Assembly (NCBI GenBank): GCA_002269645.1
Contig: NIVC01002323.1
Span: 1 to 64,000, forward strand
Direction of reading: 5' to 3'
Origin: Macrostomum lignano
Lineage: Eukaryota
DNA length: 64,000 nt
A model generated the notes under the pieces. It was not told the origin of the DNA. It saw nothing but the letters and a program-made list of their open reading frames with translations, and did not search any database. The position numbers and the translations under genes are program-made. This document shows positions 1-13,285 of the stretch, piece by piece. How positions within the stretch are numbered: the first letter of the stretch is position 1; the number at the start of each line of letters is the position of its first letter.

Positions 1-182
1 ATTTTTATGTATACTGTTTTGTTTATTTTTATCATTTAAAATGAGGACAACTTTAAATTCGATATTTTTACTCAAAATCTAACTAACATACTGACAGCAG
101 AAATATCAAGATTTCACTATATTTTTTTCTAAATTAAGGAAATATGACGCAACCATACTAAAATACTCGTAAACGATTTCAG

Positions 183-1977
183 ATACAACGGGCGACCGGA
201 GTCGCTAAATGAGGGCGGCGGTCCAGCCGTTGCAGATGTCTGTCTTATCGGCAAAGGCGTCACCTTTGATTCCGGCGGTATTAGTATTAAACCGTCGGCT
301 AACATGGCCGATATGCGCGGTGATATGGGCGGAGCGGCGGTCGCTTTTAGCTCATTTTTAGCGCCTGCCAACTCGGCCTGCCGCTCAGACTGTCTGTGCG
401 TGGCCGCTGTGCGAGAACATGCCCGACGGCGCCGCGTAAAGCTGGCGACGTTATCGACCTGGCTGGAGGTCGCGTTACCTGTCGAGTTGATAACACTGAT
501 GCCGAGGGTGAGAGCCTTGTCTTTTGGTTTGAGTGGCCAACCTAGGAGATATATTTGATTCACATTGGCATAAAGTTCCAATTCACATTGTGAGAAACTT
601 TCATTCACATTAGGAGAAAACTGCCATTCACATTGGGAGAAAACTCCCATTCACATTGGGTGAAAACTCCCATTCACATTGGGAGAAAACTCCCATTCAC
701 ATTGGGAGAAAACTCCCATTCACATTGGGAAAAAACTCCCATTCACATTGGGTGAAAACTCCCATTCACATTGGGAGAAAACTTCCATTCACATTGGGTG
801 AAAACTCCCATTCACATTGGGTGAAAACTCCCATTCACATTGGGAGAAAACTCCCATTCACATGCGCTTACACCTGCACTGCAATAACAGGCCGCCTAAT
901 CCTCGCCGACGCGCTGCACTTCGCAGCGAACAGCGGCGCCCAGCCGCCTCGCCTAATCGTAGACCTCGCCACCCTGACTGGCGCCATCGCCGTCGCCCTT
1001 GGCGGCCAACGAGCCGGCCTATTTGCCAATCGGTCCGCACGCCTCACTGGCTTTGAACGGCGACTGCTAGATAGCGGATTTAATAGGGGCGACCCGCTGC
1101 ACCAGATGCCCACTGACAGGCGGTATCGGCCGCTGTGCAGGATAGATCTGGTGAGCCTCTGGCTTTGAGTGGGAATCCAGATTTGACATGGATTGCGGAC
1201 TGAGCGGAGCGGATTAGGGATAGGGTAGAGAGAGAAAGTGGGAATTAGTAGGGCAGAGAGGGGAAAGCGGGGATTGGAGGGTAAGAGAGGGGAGAGCAGG
1301 GATTGGAGGGTAAGAGAGGGGAGAGCGGGGATTGGAGGGTAAGAGAGGGGAGAGCGGGGATTGGAGGGTAAGAGAGGGGAGAGCGGGGATTGGAGGGTAA
1401 GAGAGGGGAGAGCGGGGATTGGAGGGTAAGAGAGGGGAAAGGACATTAGAGAGGGCAGACAGGGGAAACGGGGATTAGAGAAGGGAATGCGGGGGATTAG
1501 AGGAGACATAGAAAGGAAAGCGGGGATTAGAGAGGGTAAGAGAAGGGAAAGCGGGGATTAGAGAGGGCAGAGAGGGGAAGCGGGGATTGGAGAGGGCAGA
1601 GAGGGGAAAGCGCGGGGATTAGAGAGGACGTAGAGGGAATTTGAGAAACATGCAGCTGAGTCAGTGGGCGTGGAAAGTGAACCCAATTTCCAGGTGTCCA
1701 GTCCGCGAAATGCCCACCCCCAAAACCCGCAGGCCTGGCCGACCTCTCTAACATCGGCACCCCGGATCGCATGGCTGGCGCCTGCACCGCCGCCGCGTTT
1801 CTGTCGCATTTTGTACCGCCGTCGATTCCTTGGATGCACATCGACATGGCCGGAGTGATGGACAGCGACGGCGGCGGCGGCAGCGGCGGCGGTAAGAAAA
1901 TGAGCGGACGTCCCACCAGAGCCGTGGTTGACTTTCTGCGCTCTCTGACCATTGAAGGATTCCCTGCTGGGAAGTGA
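183..1977 (+). CDS. M17 cytosol/leucyl aminopeptidase, 3' exons (183-507, 891-1150, 1733-1977); frameshifted, so either a pseudogene or assembly error; 5' exons lie outside the window
   Basis: Frame 241-303 reads [20 protein letters not shown] followed by [12 protein letters not shown]. Also present: PLCENMPDG (404-430), GDVI...VDNTDAEG|RLILADAL split by a GT-AG intron (508-890), [16 protein letters not shown], and ADLSN...[10 protein letters not shown]...WMHIDMAG. These are the canonical M17 metal-binding motifs. Four -1 shifts fall within 360-445 and one near 1148. Confidence 0.93.
558..862. repeat. 23-bp minisatellite (CATTCACATTGGGAGAAAACTCC) in aminopeptidase intron
   Basis: About 12 tandem copies, degenerate at the left edge. 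Confidence 0.95.
1225..1635. repeat. 30-bp purine-rich minisatellite (GAGAGCGGGGATTGGAGGGTAAGAGAGGGG) in aminopeptidase intron
   Basis: Near-exact copies at 1290-1440, degenerate flanks. Confidence 0.9.
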
Positions 1978-2014
1978 CAGACATTGCGGATATAGACTTT
2001 GTTTTGATGCCTTT

Positions 2015-2615
2015 GATCCTGCTGTACTTTTGAAGACCCTGTTGTACATCCGAATATCCTGTTGTACACCTGAACATACTTTTGTACATCTGAATACCCT
2101 GTTGTACACCTGAACATACTTTTGTACATCTGAATACCCTGTTGTACATCTGAAGATCCTGTTGTACATCCGAATATCCTGTTGTACATCTGAAGATACT
2201 GTTGTACATCTGAAGATCCTGTTGTACATTTGAATATTCTGTTGTACATCTGAAGATACTGTTGTACATCTGAAGATCCTGTTGTACATCTGAAGATCCT
2301 GTTGTACATCTGAATATCCTGTTGTACACCTGAATATCCTGTTGTACATCTGAAGATCCTGTTGTACATCCGAATATCCTGTTGTACATCTGAAGATACT
2401 GTTGTACATCTGAAGATCCTGTTGTACATCTGAATATTCTGTTGTACATCTGAATATTCTGTGTACATCTGAATATCCTGTGTACATCTGAATATCCTGT
2501 TGTACATCTGAAGATCATGTTGTACACCTGAATATCCTGTTGTACATCTGAATATCGTGTTGTACATCTGAAGATCATGTATAACTTAAGGTTCTGTTGT
2601 ACTGTACATCTGAAG
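2015..2615. repeat. 20-bp minisatellite (GTTGTACATCTGAAGATCCT)
   Basis: Three units per 60-nt line, about 28 copies. Confidence 0.95.
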
Positions 2616-3059
2616 AATCTGTTGTTCACCTATTCTTCTTTTTTCTCTAAATTAGGCTCTAACTAGTTGAATAAGCTCGTATTTATAAAATATATAAAGT
2701 AGCTGCAAAAAGATAAAAGTTACTTTATCTAATTATAGACTTTTATCTTCAAACGCGTATTTATATTTTTCAACTGGATTATTTCTAGCAGTAATGAATG
2801 ATGCTACTGTCAGTAGGGTAAAAGTAAAACGCTGCCTTTATGCATTATGAAATACACGTTAGACAGAAAAAGATCAGCATCAGCATTGTCGGGCTTCGGT
2901 TTTACTGAAGCATGCATTTCCACTCTCAGCAAGTTTTTTGTGGAAGCAAAAATTTCTGGCCAACTGTTTGGTCTTAATAATTTTTTTCTTGGCTTGTCTT
3001 CTAATGGAGGGAAGCCGCAAAAATCTCAGAATTCCGGTCATAACTGGATCTAAAATTTA

Positions 3060-4128
3060 TAATCTTGTCTCTTTCCCTGTGTCTAATTTAATCTGTACTC
3101 CTTGTTTCTAATCTCTCCCATGTAGATCTATTCCCAGTGTCTAATCTCTCCCTGTGAATCTATTCCCAGTTTCTAATCTCCCCCTGTCGATCTATTCCCA
3201 GTATCTAATCTCTCCCTGGTAATCTATTTCCGTTTTCAGTGTCTAATCTCTCCTTGTCGATCTATTCCCAGTGTCTAATCTCTCCCTTGTCGATCTATTC
3301 CTAGTGTCTAATCTCTCCCTTGTCGATCTATTCCTAGTGTCTAATCTCTCCCTTGTCGATCTATTCCTAGTGTCTAATCTCTCCCTTGTCGATCTATTCC
3401 CAGTGTCTAATCTCTCCCTTGTCGACCTATTCCTAGTGTCTAATCTCTCCCTTGTCGATCTATTCCCAGTGTCTAATCTCTCCCTTGTCGATCTATTCCC
3501 AGTGTCTAATCTCTCCCTTGTCGATCTATTCCTAGTGTCTAATCTCTCCCTTGTCGATCTATTCCCAGTGTCTAATCTCTCCCTTGTCGACCTATTCCTA
3601 GTGTCTAATCTCTCCCTTGTCGATCTATTCCTAGTGTCTAAATCTCTCCCTTGTAGATCTATTCTCAGTGTCTAATCTCTCCCTTGTCGATCTATTCCTA
3701 GTGTCTAATCTCTCCCTTGTCGATCTATTCCCAGTGTCTAATCTCTCCCTGGGAATCTATTTCCGTTTTCAGTGTCTAATCTCTCCCTTGTCGATCTATT
3801 CCTAGTGTCTAATCTCCCCTTGTCGATCTATTCACAGTGTCTAATCTCTCCCTTGTGATCTATTCCCAGTGTCTAATCTCTCCCTGGGAATATTCCTAGT
3901 GTCTAATCTCTCCCTGGTAATCTATTCCTAGTGTCTAATCTCTCCCTTGTGATCTAAATCCAGTGTCTAATCTCTCCCTTGTCGATCTATTCCTAGTGTC
4001 TAATCTTCTCCTTGTAGATCTATTCCCAATGTCTAATCTCTCCCTTGTCGATCCATTCCTAGTGTCTAATCTTCTCCTTGTAGATCTATTCCCAATGTCT
4101 AATCTCCCCTGTGAATCTATTCCTAGTG
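3060..4128. repeat. 33-bp minisatellite (GTGTCTAATCTCTCCCTTGTCGATCTATTCCTA)
   Basis: About 30 tandem copies; explains the SNLSLVDLFLV ORFs. Confidence 0.95.
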
Positions 4129-5459
4129 TCCCAATATTTATTATATTTATTTATACTGTAATTTTCTCTATCGGCAACTCATGCAGCAGAGAATTAAGTT
4201 AATACCGTCTCACCTGCACCAGTTAATCCATCAATTTCTCTCTCAATAGAAAGCTCTATATTAATACGAAAGATTAAAATGAGAGCTCAGTCTACTGCAG
4301 CCTTGTGTCGGAAGTTGGAAGGCTTGCGGTTATCCGGAAGTCGCAAAAAATCTACCTTTCTGAAGGAATATAAGTCTGTCACGAAAACATATAGTTGATT
4401 GAAGAATAAGTTCTTGGATGCGGAAACCTTTATAATATCATTTCTGAGAAAATTGTATAACAATTCCAAGGGCCTGTAGTTTGAAGCACGCACGCTGACA
4501 ATAAGTTTCCGTCTTATCTCCTACCGTGGATCTATCCGTGGATCCCTACGTTCTCGCGGAGATGGACTGGAATCCAAAATTTCAGAAGTGAAAAAATTAC
4601 AATAAGATTTTGGATCTAGTGGGAGCTAAGATTCTAATCTAGATATTAAGCGGTCCATGGTGACTCGCAGAATTTAGAGGAAGTAGCAAGTCTGTTTCTA
4701 GTCCAGTAATTTGAGAGGTCCATGGCGATTGGTGACTCGCACCATTTTAAGTACATGTAATTCACTAGCTAGCCTTCCAGTCCAGGTGTTCTTCTGAGGT
4801 CCATGGTCACTCGTAAGATTTAAGATTTAGAGACTGAAGTCTGTTTCCATTCCAGGCAGCGTTCCGAGGTCCATGATGACTCGCTACTTGAAGAAAAGTT
4901 TGAATAATCTACTTTCAGTCCAGTACCTATACTCCCTGCAGTCCAGTTCTATCCAGAAGTCCTCGGTGTATCCCTTTTTTCTGTGGCAGCATATTCCATT
5001 CTCAATTTATCAGCAACCCGGCGACTTTGAGCTAAGGCAGGTATAAATATAAGAGGCCAGAAAGGCCGTGAATGTGGGAACACCAATAGAGGACGCTATT
5101 TTATAAGAATTCCATAGCAGGAAGTGACATGGCATGGCTATATTTACAGTCGTGTTTGACTGCACGCGGTTTGAATTTCAAAAGAATTAAAAAATTACAC
5201 CGAAATAAAGCTGAGAGGGCAGACGGGAGGGAGCGAGGTACAGAAGCAATCGCCTCATTCATTTTCTCAAGGGAGCTGGTAGCTGTCTGGATATGGAGTG
5301 TTTTCTGGCTGACGTGACCTTCCTGCGATCCCTCAACTCGTCTCACCCGACTACTCAAGTGTCAGATTCAGGGGGATATATACGAGGGTCGTTGACGTCA
5401 CGGAAAGCATTGAAGGTCGGAAAATCCTTTCAAAGCAGATATGCCGAAGTGAAGGACAA

Positions 5460-5770
5460 CCGAGATGGGAAATGATGTGGAACAGAGATGGGGAAATTAT
5501 GGGAAACTGAAATGGGGAAGTGATGGGAACAGAGATGGGGAAAATGGTAACAGAGAATGGGAAGTGATGGGAACATAAATGGGGAAAAGAGATGGGGAAG
5601 TAATAGGAAACAGAGATAGGGAAGTGGAAGTGATAGGAACAGTGATGGGGAAATGATGAGAATAGACATGGAAAAATGATGGGAACAAAGATGGGGAAAT
5701 GATGGAGAACAGGAGGGGGAATATATCGGTAAAGGAGGAGCCAAAAGACAGGGCGATGGACGTGATGGGA
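5460..5770. repeat. Degenerate GATGGG(A/G)AA-rich repeat
   Basis: Recurrent GATGGGAA / GATGGGGAAA units. Confidence 0.75.
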
Positions 5771-6214
5771 AAAATTGGAAAAATTGCCCCTAAGTTTCTT
5801 GTTAGTTAATCATTTATGTGAAGGAAATGGAGTGTGAGCCGGGGACCAGTTTCGGGGCATATTAATATCGATTAGCCTCGTTCAGCAGGTGAATGAAACG
5901 GCCTTCAGAAACAGCTTGCGCATAACAGCTTCACAGGTTTTTCAATACTCTCCATTATTCTTGGACTTGGCTTTAAAGCTAAGGTCCGCAATCGGGCATG
6001 AGGAGGAAAATCCAGCATCTAATTAGGATCCGTGAAGCAGAGCTCATAGACTTTACTCAATAGTAAAGCTTCCTGATTCCTTTTTGCTTTATTAAAATCC
6101 GATTGCTTGCTTGCAATTTGCTTCGGCGAAAGTTAATTAAAGGAAGCAATTAATTAGAATCAAAAAACTAGCTGACGAATAGAAGCGAAAATATATATCT
6201 GTTGTGCTTTCTTA

Positions 6215-6600
6215 CTCTTGTGTTTTCTCTTGTTTATCTCGCTTTTTCTCATGTGTTTATCTCGCTTTTTCTCTTGTGTTTATCTCACCTTTTCTCTTGT
6301 GTTTATCTCCCCTTTTCTCTTGTGTTTCATCTCGCATTTTCTCATGTGTTTATCTCGCCTTTTCTCATGTGTTTATCTCGTCTTTTCTCATGTGTTTATC
6401 TCGCCTTTTCTCATGTGTTTATCTCGTCTTTTCTCATGTGTTTATCTCGCATTTTCTCATGTGTTTATCTCGCCTTTTCTCATGTGTTTATCTCGTCTTT
6501 TCTCATGTGTTTATCTCACCCTTGTTCTTGTGGTTATTTCCCCTGTTTATAGCACTCTTATTTTCGTGTTGTGTTTATCTTATTCTCTCCCTCTTGTGTT
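6215..6600. repeat. 23-bp minisatellite (TTTTCTCATGTGTTTATCTCGCC)
   Basis: About 15 tandem copies. Confidence 0.92.
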
Positions 6601-7092
6601 TATCCCACCATAAATTAAAAAGCTGTGAAAATCATTCTAAACACAGATTATGCCTGTGAGCTGCAGCTTTCAAGTAACAATTTTGTTGGCCTGCCCAGAG
6701 ACTTATAAAGTCCAGCGCTGCATGATCAGTCCGCAGTGATTGCGGGGCTGTCTGAACCACAATTTATTGGCAACAAATTTGAAATGCTTGCTTCAACATA
6801 CTAGAAGCTATTCACTTCTCCTCTGCTCTCCTCTTCATCAATCCAGCATCACTCATATTTTCCTAATGAGGTGCTGAGCATTGGTTGACTCTATATATCT
6901 ACATCTAGCTCGTAAAAAAACATTTTTGCACTTTTTGCGGCCGCTTTTTTCCGCTCATAATAATGCTTCTGTTTGACTGAGTTTTATGTGCATTTGGGCC
7001 GCCAGCTATTAATAATTAAAAATATTCCATATAATAATTATAGTATATTGGCAACGTTTGCATGCTGTTCAATTTCTGAACCAAGTGGGAAA

Positions 7093-7925
7093 AGAGAGAG
7101 AGTCAGGCAGAATTTGGGGAGAGAGTCAGGCAGAATTTGGGGAGAGAGTCAGGCAGAATTTGGGGAGAGAGTCAGGCAGAATTTGGGGAGAGAGTCAGGC
7201 AGAATTTGGGGAGAGAGTCAGGCAGAATTTGGGGAGAGAGTCAGGCAGAATTTATGGAGAGAGTCAGGCAGAATTTGGGGAGAGAGTCAGGCAGAATTTG
7301 GGAGAGAGTCAGGCAGAATTTGGGGAGAGAGTCAGGCAGAATTTGAGGAGAGAGTCAGGCAGAATCTGGGAGAGATTCAGGTAGAATTTTGGAGAGAGAA
7401 GACAGACACAGGGAGGGGGAGAGTCAGATAGACACGAGAAGAGAGTCAGACAGACACGAGGAGAGAGTCAGACCTGCAGACACAGGGAGGGGGAGAGTCA
7501 GACAGACACGAGAAGAGGGTCAGACAGAGACGAGAAGAGAGTCAGACAGACACGAGGAGAGAGTCAGACAGACACGAGGAGAGAGTCAGACAGACAGAGG
7601 AGAGAGTCAGACAGACAGGAGGAGAGAGTCAGACAGACACGAGGAGAGAGTCAGACAGACACGAGGAGAGAGTCAGAGGAGAGAGTCAGACAGACACGAG
7701 GAGAGAGTCAGACAGACACGAGGAGAGTCAGACAGACACGAGGAGAGAGTCAGACAGACAGGAGGAGAGAGTCAGACAGACACGAGGAGAGAGTCAGACA
7801 GACACGAGGAGAGTCAGACAGACACGAGGAGAGAGTCAGACAGACACGAGGAGAGAGTCAGACAGACAGGAGGAGAGAGTCAGACAGACACGAGGAGAGT
7901 CAGACAGACACGAGGGGAGAGTCGG
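7093..7925. repeat. Two adjacent minisatellites sharing a GAGAGAGTCAG head: 23-mer GAGAGAGTCAGGCAGAATTTGGG (7093-7390) and ~22-mer GAGAGAGTCAGACAGACACGAG (7395-7925)
   Basis: Directly visible tandem units. Confidence 0.93.
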
Positions 7926-8433
7926 ACAGAAAAAGGAAACTCAGGCAAAGGGCGGACATTCTCCGCCCAAAGCAATTTCAAGAGAATAAAAAAGAGTTAA
8001 TTGATTTGTTAATCTTTTAAATTTTCAGTTTCAGCTAAAATTTCTTTAGTCATTGTATACCTTTGTCTGCTTCATGTGTTCGTCTGCGCGAGAGAAGAGA
8101 GAAACAGGAGATGAAGAGGCGACGCAGAGAGGCTGCTCGGCGCCTTCATCACTGGAAGTGATCAATAAAAATATTGATTGGGTGAAAGGCGTGCGACAGG
8201 CCCTGGGTGGCGAAGTCAGTCAGTCAGCTTCACCTCCTGCCTCTCTCTGCCACTTGCTTCTCTTCTCGGGCTGAGCACAGTGCATTGGCTGATGTTATGA
8301 ATTTGCGCTTTATTGCTAATTTCCACTCAAAGCACTGCTCTCGTATAGTCTAGTCTGATTTGAACTGCTCAGTTTAATGCATTTACATGAGCATGTAGAC
8401 GGATTGAACTCTTACATTGACTGTGCACTTTTA

Positions 8434-8920
<487 letters not shown>

Positions 8921-9599
8921 CAGTCCATCTACTTAAGCAAGTATTTATATGAAGTAGGCCCACGCTGGAAAGCCTGATGCAGTGCTCAGTAGAGCAATAC
9001 TTCTTTCAACCCTGTCCCTCAGCCTGCCAAATCCCAACTCCCATTTCAATCCTGAGCCGCGGCGGCCGGCCTATCCTCCCTCATTCCCGCCGCTCGCGAA
9101 AGTCTGTCTCCATGTCGATTAGAGTTTTTCCGCTTTCGACCCCGGAGAGATTGGAGACTGGGTTTGGAAGCGGAATTGAAGGGCGGAGCGGTTTAAATTA
9201 AAAGCAACCGCAGTGAAGAGAAAAGGCCTTCTTGGGTTGCCTTCTTTTCTTCCCTTTTCGCCCTTTCCAACTCTTTCGGTTGGCAAGCTTCCATGCAGTT
9301 CCAGAACCAAGTGAAATCCGGCTAGAGAAGTGTCGACCGTTTCTCTAAGCTGGTCAACTTGAGATGGCGAAGAAGTTTCTTTTCGGTTGCAAGCAAGCAG
9401 TAAGAAAGCAAATATGCGCTGCAAACATTTCTGGTCTAGTCGTGTGTGCAGAGCTGAGGCCTGTAGCTGTCTCGTTCGCGTTGCGTTTCTTCGTTTAGAA
9501 ATGAAGCTTAACTAATCTTGCTTTCTATCTGGAGCCTCTGTCTCTAAATCTCCATCTAGATGTCTCTCTCTCACCCGGCATCACCTGCATGCATCTCAC

Positions 9600-10470
9600 T
9601 CCCCTTAAATCTCTCCCCTTCATCTCTCCCTTTCATCCCTCCCCTTCATCCATCCCCTTCATCTCTCCCCTTCATCTCTCCCTTGATCTCTGCCCTTCAT
9701 CCATCCCCTTCATCCATCCCCTTCATCCATCCCCTTCATCCATCCCTTCATCTCTCCCTTTCATCCCTCCCCTTCATCCATCCCCTTCATCTCTTCCTTC
9801 ATCTCTCCCCTTTATTTCTCCCTTTCATCCCTCCCCTTCATCTCTCCCTTCATCTCTCCTCTTCATCTTTGCCCTTCATCTCTGCCTTCATCTCTCCCCT
9901 TCATCTCTGCCCTTCATCTCTCCTCTTCATCTCTGCCCTTCATCTCTCCTCTTCATCTCTACGTTTAATCTCTGCCCTTCATCTCTCCCTTTCATCTCTG
10001 CCCTTCATCTCTCCTCTTCATCTCTGCCCTTCATCTCTGCTCTTCATCTCTGCCCTTCATCTCTCCCCTTCATCTCTCCTCTTCATCTCTACGTTTAATC
10101 TCTACCCTTCATCTCTCCCTTTCATCTCTGCTCTTCATCTCTCCTCTTCATCTCTACGTTTAATCTCTGCCCTTCATCTCTCCCTTTCATCTCTGCCCTT
10201 CATCTCTCCTCTTCATCTCTGCCCTTCATCTCTCCTCTTCATCTCTGCCCTTCATCTCTGCTCTTCATCTCTGCCCTTCATCTCTCCCCTTCATCTCTCA
10301 TCTTCATCTCTACGTTTAATCTCTGCCCTTCATCTCTCCCTTTCATCTCTGCTCTTCATCTCTCCTCTTCATCTCTACGTTTAATCTCTGCCCTTCATCT
10401 CTCCCTTTCATCTCCCCCCTTCATCTCTGCCCTTCATCTCTGCCCTTCATCTCTGCCCTTTATCTCTCCC
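9600..10470. repeat. Pyrimidine-rich CTTCATCTCT(C/G)CC repeat
   Basis: 12-13-bp units with periodic TACGTTTAAT interruptions. Confidence 0.92.
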
Positions 10471-11692
10471 CTCTATCTCTCCACTCAATTCACTCGTACC
10501 TTACATCCCTTCGCCCTTAAAAATAATATTTCTGTTGTCCGAGTTTCTATCGATATATTTGCGCAAGCAAATCGTTCATCGTTAGGCCTAGGTCAAAGCT
10601 ATTCGATTCTAAATGCAGGACTAGCGCGTTTGGCCGTTTCAAGAACAGCCAACTGCATGCATGCTTCCACTTTGTCGCAATTGGAAATCAATGGAGGCCT
10701 TGATGCTTCATACTTGTCTCTTGTCCTTGAGTTGAGCACTAGGTAACTCAACTCACGCTTAGGAAGTAAGCACCTGCCGTGAGATATTATTCTTTTTTAC
10801 ATAACAAAAATAACTAACACCGTGTAAAAACGAGCTGAGAGCAAAATTTGAATGCCAATAATATGATAGCTGCTGCTACTTAGTTGGTGTATTTTCTTTT
10901 ACTTTATCGTGGATTTTGCCACAATTAACAAATAATTAAAGTCTGGTGATCCAATATTATGCCTATAAAATACTATAACAATAATAAGTGTCAACTAACT
11001 TCGAAGGTTAAATAGTGGAAGATTGGTAAACGCTACTAGAACTACCATTGTGGGTGTAATTATTTTTATCAAATAGTCAATCATTGCAGAGATAACGTTT
11101 CAGCTTAGACTGAGGTTTAAATCCAGCTGTTTCTGTAGCTTGGTTTAGCATATATAATTGATCTCATTGATAAGGCCTGTAATTGATATGCTGGCTTTGA
11201 AGTTCCATAAAATAGCCGACTTTTAATATTTGAGTAAATTTTATTCATTTTTGCCTTAATAAAACAGTTTTTACGACCTACTGGTCCTCTGCCGTTTTCT
11301 AAAATTGAATTTAAAAATCGATTAAAAGTGGCTGTCTATCTACCAACTGATTGCTAATACTGATTGTCCTTAACAGTATTTTCAAATTGGGTTACAATAT
11401 TAATAACTTGCGTATTTTTCTATTTTTGCTTAATCTGTTGCTGTATAAAGTTTGCTAATTTAAAATTTAATACGACAGGGGAGAGTTCATACATAGGGTC
11501 GAAATCGAGGTCAAATATCTGGTGACTCGTTGCTCGGTTGTTATGCTAGAACTCGTTCACACCGACACTAACTGAGTCCGAGTTGTGCTCGATCACACTG
11601 CGTAATTCAGTTTTCCAGATAGATTCCAGCTAAGTACGAGAGGTTAACACTGGACTCAAGCATTGAGTCTGACTAAATATCAAACATTCGGC

Positions 11693-13285
11693 TTAGGGTC
11701 CATCATACTCAGCGCCATCGTTAGCCTCGCCAGCGGCAGCGGCCGAGCGCTGTCGCACCTTGTGCACGCTGATGCTCGGCTTGCCGCGCTCAGCGCCAGC
11801 GATCGGCGTCAACTCACCAGTGACATCAGCGCTGCAGCCGTCGTACGCGACGCTGCTGTCGCCGCCTCCAACAGCGTTGATAGCCTGAATTGTCTCGTCG
11901 CTATCGTCGCCTGAGAGATAGATTTTCAAGAAGCAGCAGAGCAACAGGAAGTGCACCCCGGCGTCCAGGCTGAAGACCATTCCAGGAAACATGTCCACGG
12001 TGGCGGCGTAGATGGGCGTAAACAGAGCCGGCCCGATCAGGTTGGCCAGGGCTTCCGCGCAGGATAGCAGCGAGAAAGTCTGACCGATTTCCGCCTCGTC
12101 CACCAGCTTGGAGGTCATGGATTTTGTGGCAGACACAATGAACCCAGCGAAGCAGCCGAGAACGGCGCTGGCAAACAGTAGCCACGTTTTCTGAGCAAGG
12201 CTGGTGATCACCAGGCGAATGATCTTCATCAGGAGGCCCACCATGACCAGAACGGAGTCGCGAGGCTTCATAAAACGCGTCAGCAGCGGCAGGATGAGCA
12301 CAAGGTTGAGTCCCATGCAGGCGTAGTACACGGACAGATAATAGCCATAGTACTGACCTGGCCAGTTGAATGGAGCGTGCTCCACCAGCAACAAGAGCAC
12401 GTCCTGCTCTCCTTGCTTGCAAATCTGGTTGACGCACAGGGAGACGAACAAGAACACGAGCATCAGCTGCTGGGGACGTCGCTGCAGTAGGAAGCCGATG
12501 GAGTCCCGCACAGAGAGGCTCCTGGTGGCGGTGTTCACACACGGACACGCCAGCTGAAGACAGCCGGCATCGTCAGAGGACTCCACGGACTCGACTACAA
12601 GCAGTACGATGATCAGCTCGAGCACTAGGTTGACAACCAAGATGACGATCAGCATGGAGTGGACGCTGCCGAAGCTCTGGAACACTCCGGTGAACAGGGA
12701 GCCCAGAAAGATGCCGAAGAAATTCATCGCCAGGAGGCGGCCAAGAAGCTCCGTTCGATCCTCGCGGCTGCTTGTGTCGGCCACGTAGCTGCTGCAGGCC
12801 ATGGTCATGACCGTAGACTTGCCGAAGAAGCCGTACACAGTAGCACCGACCATCACCCAGACGAGAGTCGCGGCGCCTCCGACCGCGCTACCGACAGTGA
12901 AGCAGCCGACAGCGAGAACAGCGCCAAGAGGAGGCAGCATCATCGGGTACTTGCGACCCACGCGGTCGCTCCACGATCCGGCGAACAAGCAGAAGAACAC
13001 GGCCGGCAGGTTAAGCAGAATCCGGTACGCCAGCAAGTAGTTTGAGGCCTTCCGCTGCAAATCGTTCTCTTCTTTGCTGGTCATGCGACGCCGACCGATT
13101 GAGTGCCAGTCGCCTGGCTGCTGTGAGTCGCACACAGGCGGGGGAATGCCCTCTCCCAGGCACACCTGCTGGTAGATGAATATCCGAATTGACGGCTGCA
13201 GCAGACTCTCCGAGGCCTTGTAGAGAAAGAACACCAGCATCACCAGGTAGGACGAAATGCGGCGCTTAGCCGCGTCCGTCAGCAT
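11693..13285 (-). CDS. SLC46-family MFS transporter (PCFT/SLC46A3-like), intronless, ~530 aa
   Basis: Contains GSWSDRVGRKYPMMLPPLG (MFS motif A), SSYVADTSSREDR and SKLVDEAEIGQTFS, with about 12 hydrophobic segments. The likely start is the ATG at 13285 (MLTDAAKRR); the 103 upstream codons in the ORF track look non-homologous. Confidence 0.92.
   Translation of the reverse strand: MLTDAAKRRISSYLVMLVFFLYKASESLLQPSIRIFIYQQVCLGEGIPPPVCDSQQPGDWHSIGRRRMTSKEENDLQRKASNYLLAYRILLNLPAVFFCLFAGSWSDRVGRKYPMMLPPLGAVLAVGCFTVGSAVGGAATLVWVMVGATVYGFFGKSTVMTMACSSYVADTSSREDRTELLGRLLAMNFFGIFLGSLFTGVFQSFGSVHSMLIVILVVNLVLELIIVLLVVESVESSDDAGCLQLACPCVNTATRSLSVRDSIGFLLQRRPQQLMLVFLFVSLCVNQICKQGEQDVLLLLVEHAPFNWPGQYYGYYLSVYYACMGLNLVLILPLLTRFMKPRDSVLVMVGLLMKIIRLVITSLAQKTWLLFASAVLGCFAGFIVSATKSMTSKLVDEAEIGQTFSLLSCAEALANLIGPALFTPIYAATVDMFPGMVFSLDAGVHFLLLCCFLKIYLSGDDSDETIQAINAVGGGDSSVAYDGCSADVTGELTPIAGAERGKPSISVHKVRQRSAAAAGEANDGAEYDGP

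Noticed and set aside
4652-4885. CRISPR-like repeat-spacer pattern
   Set aside because: Eukaryotic context, no cas genes, irregular spacing and spacers related to each other; kept only as a degenerate motif cluster
8040-8274. Possible neuropeptide precursor (signal-like stretch followed by KR)
   Set aside because: It needs an assumed frameshift and shows no repeated amidated peptides
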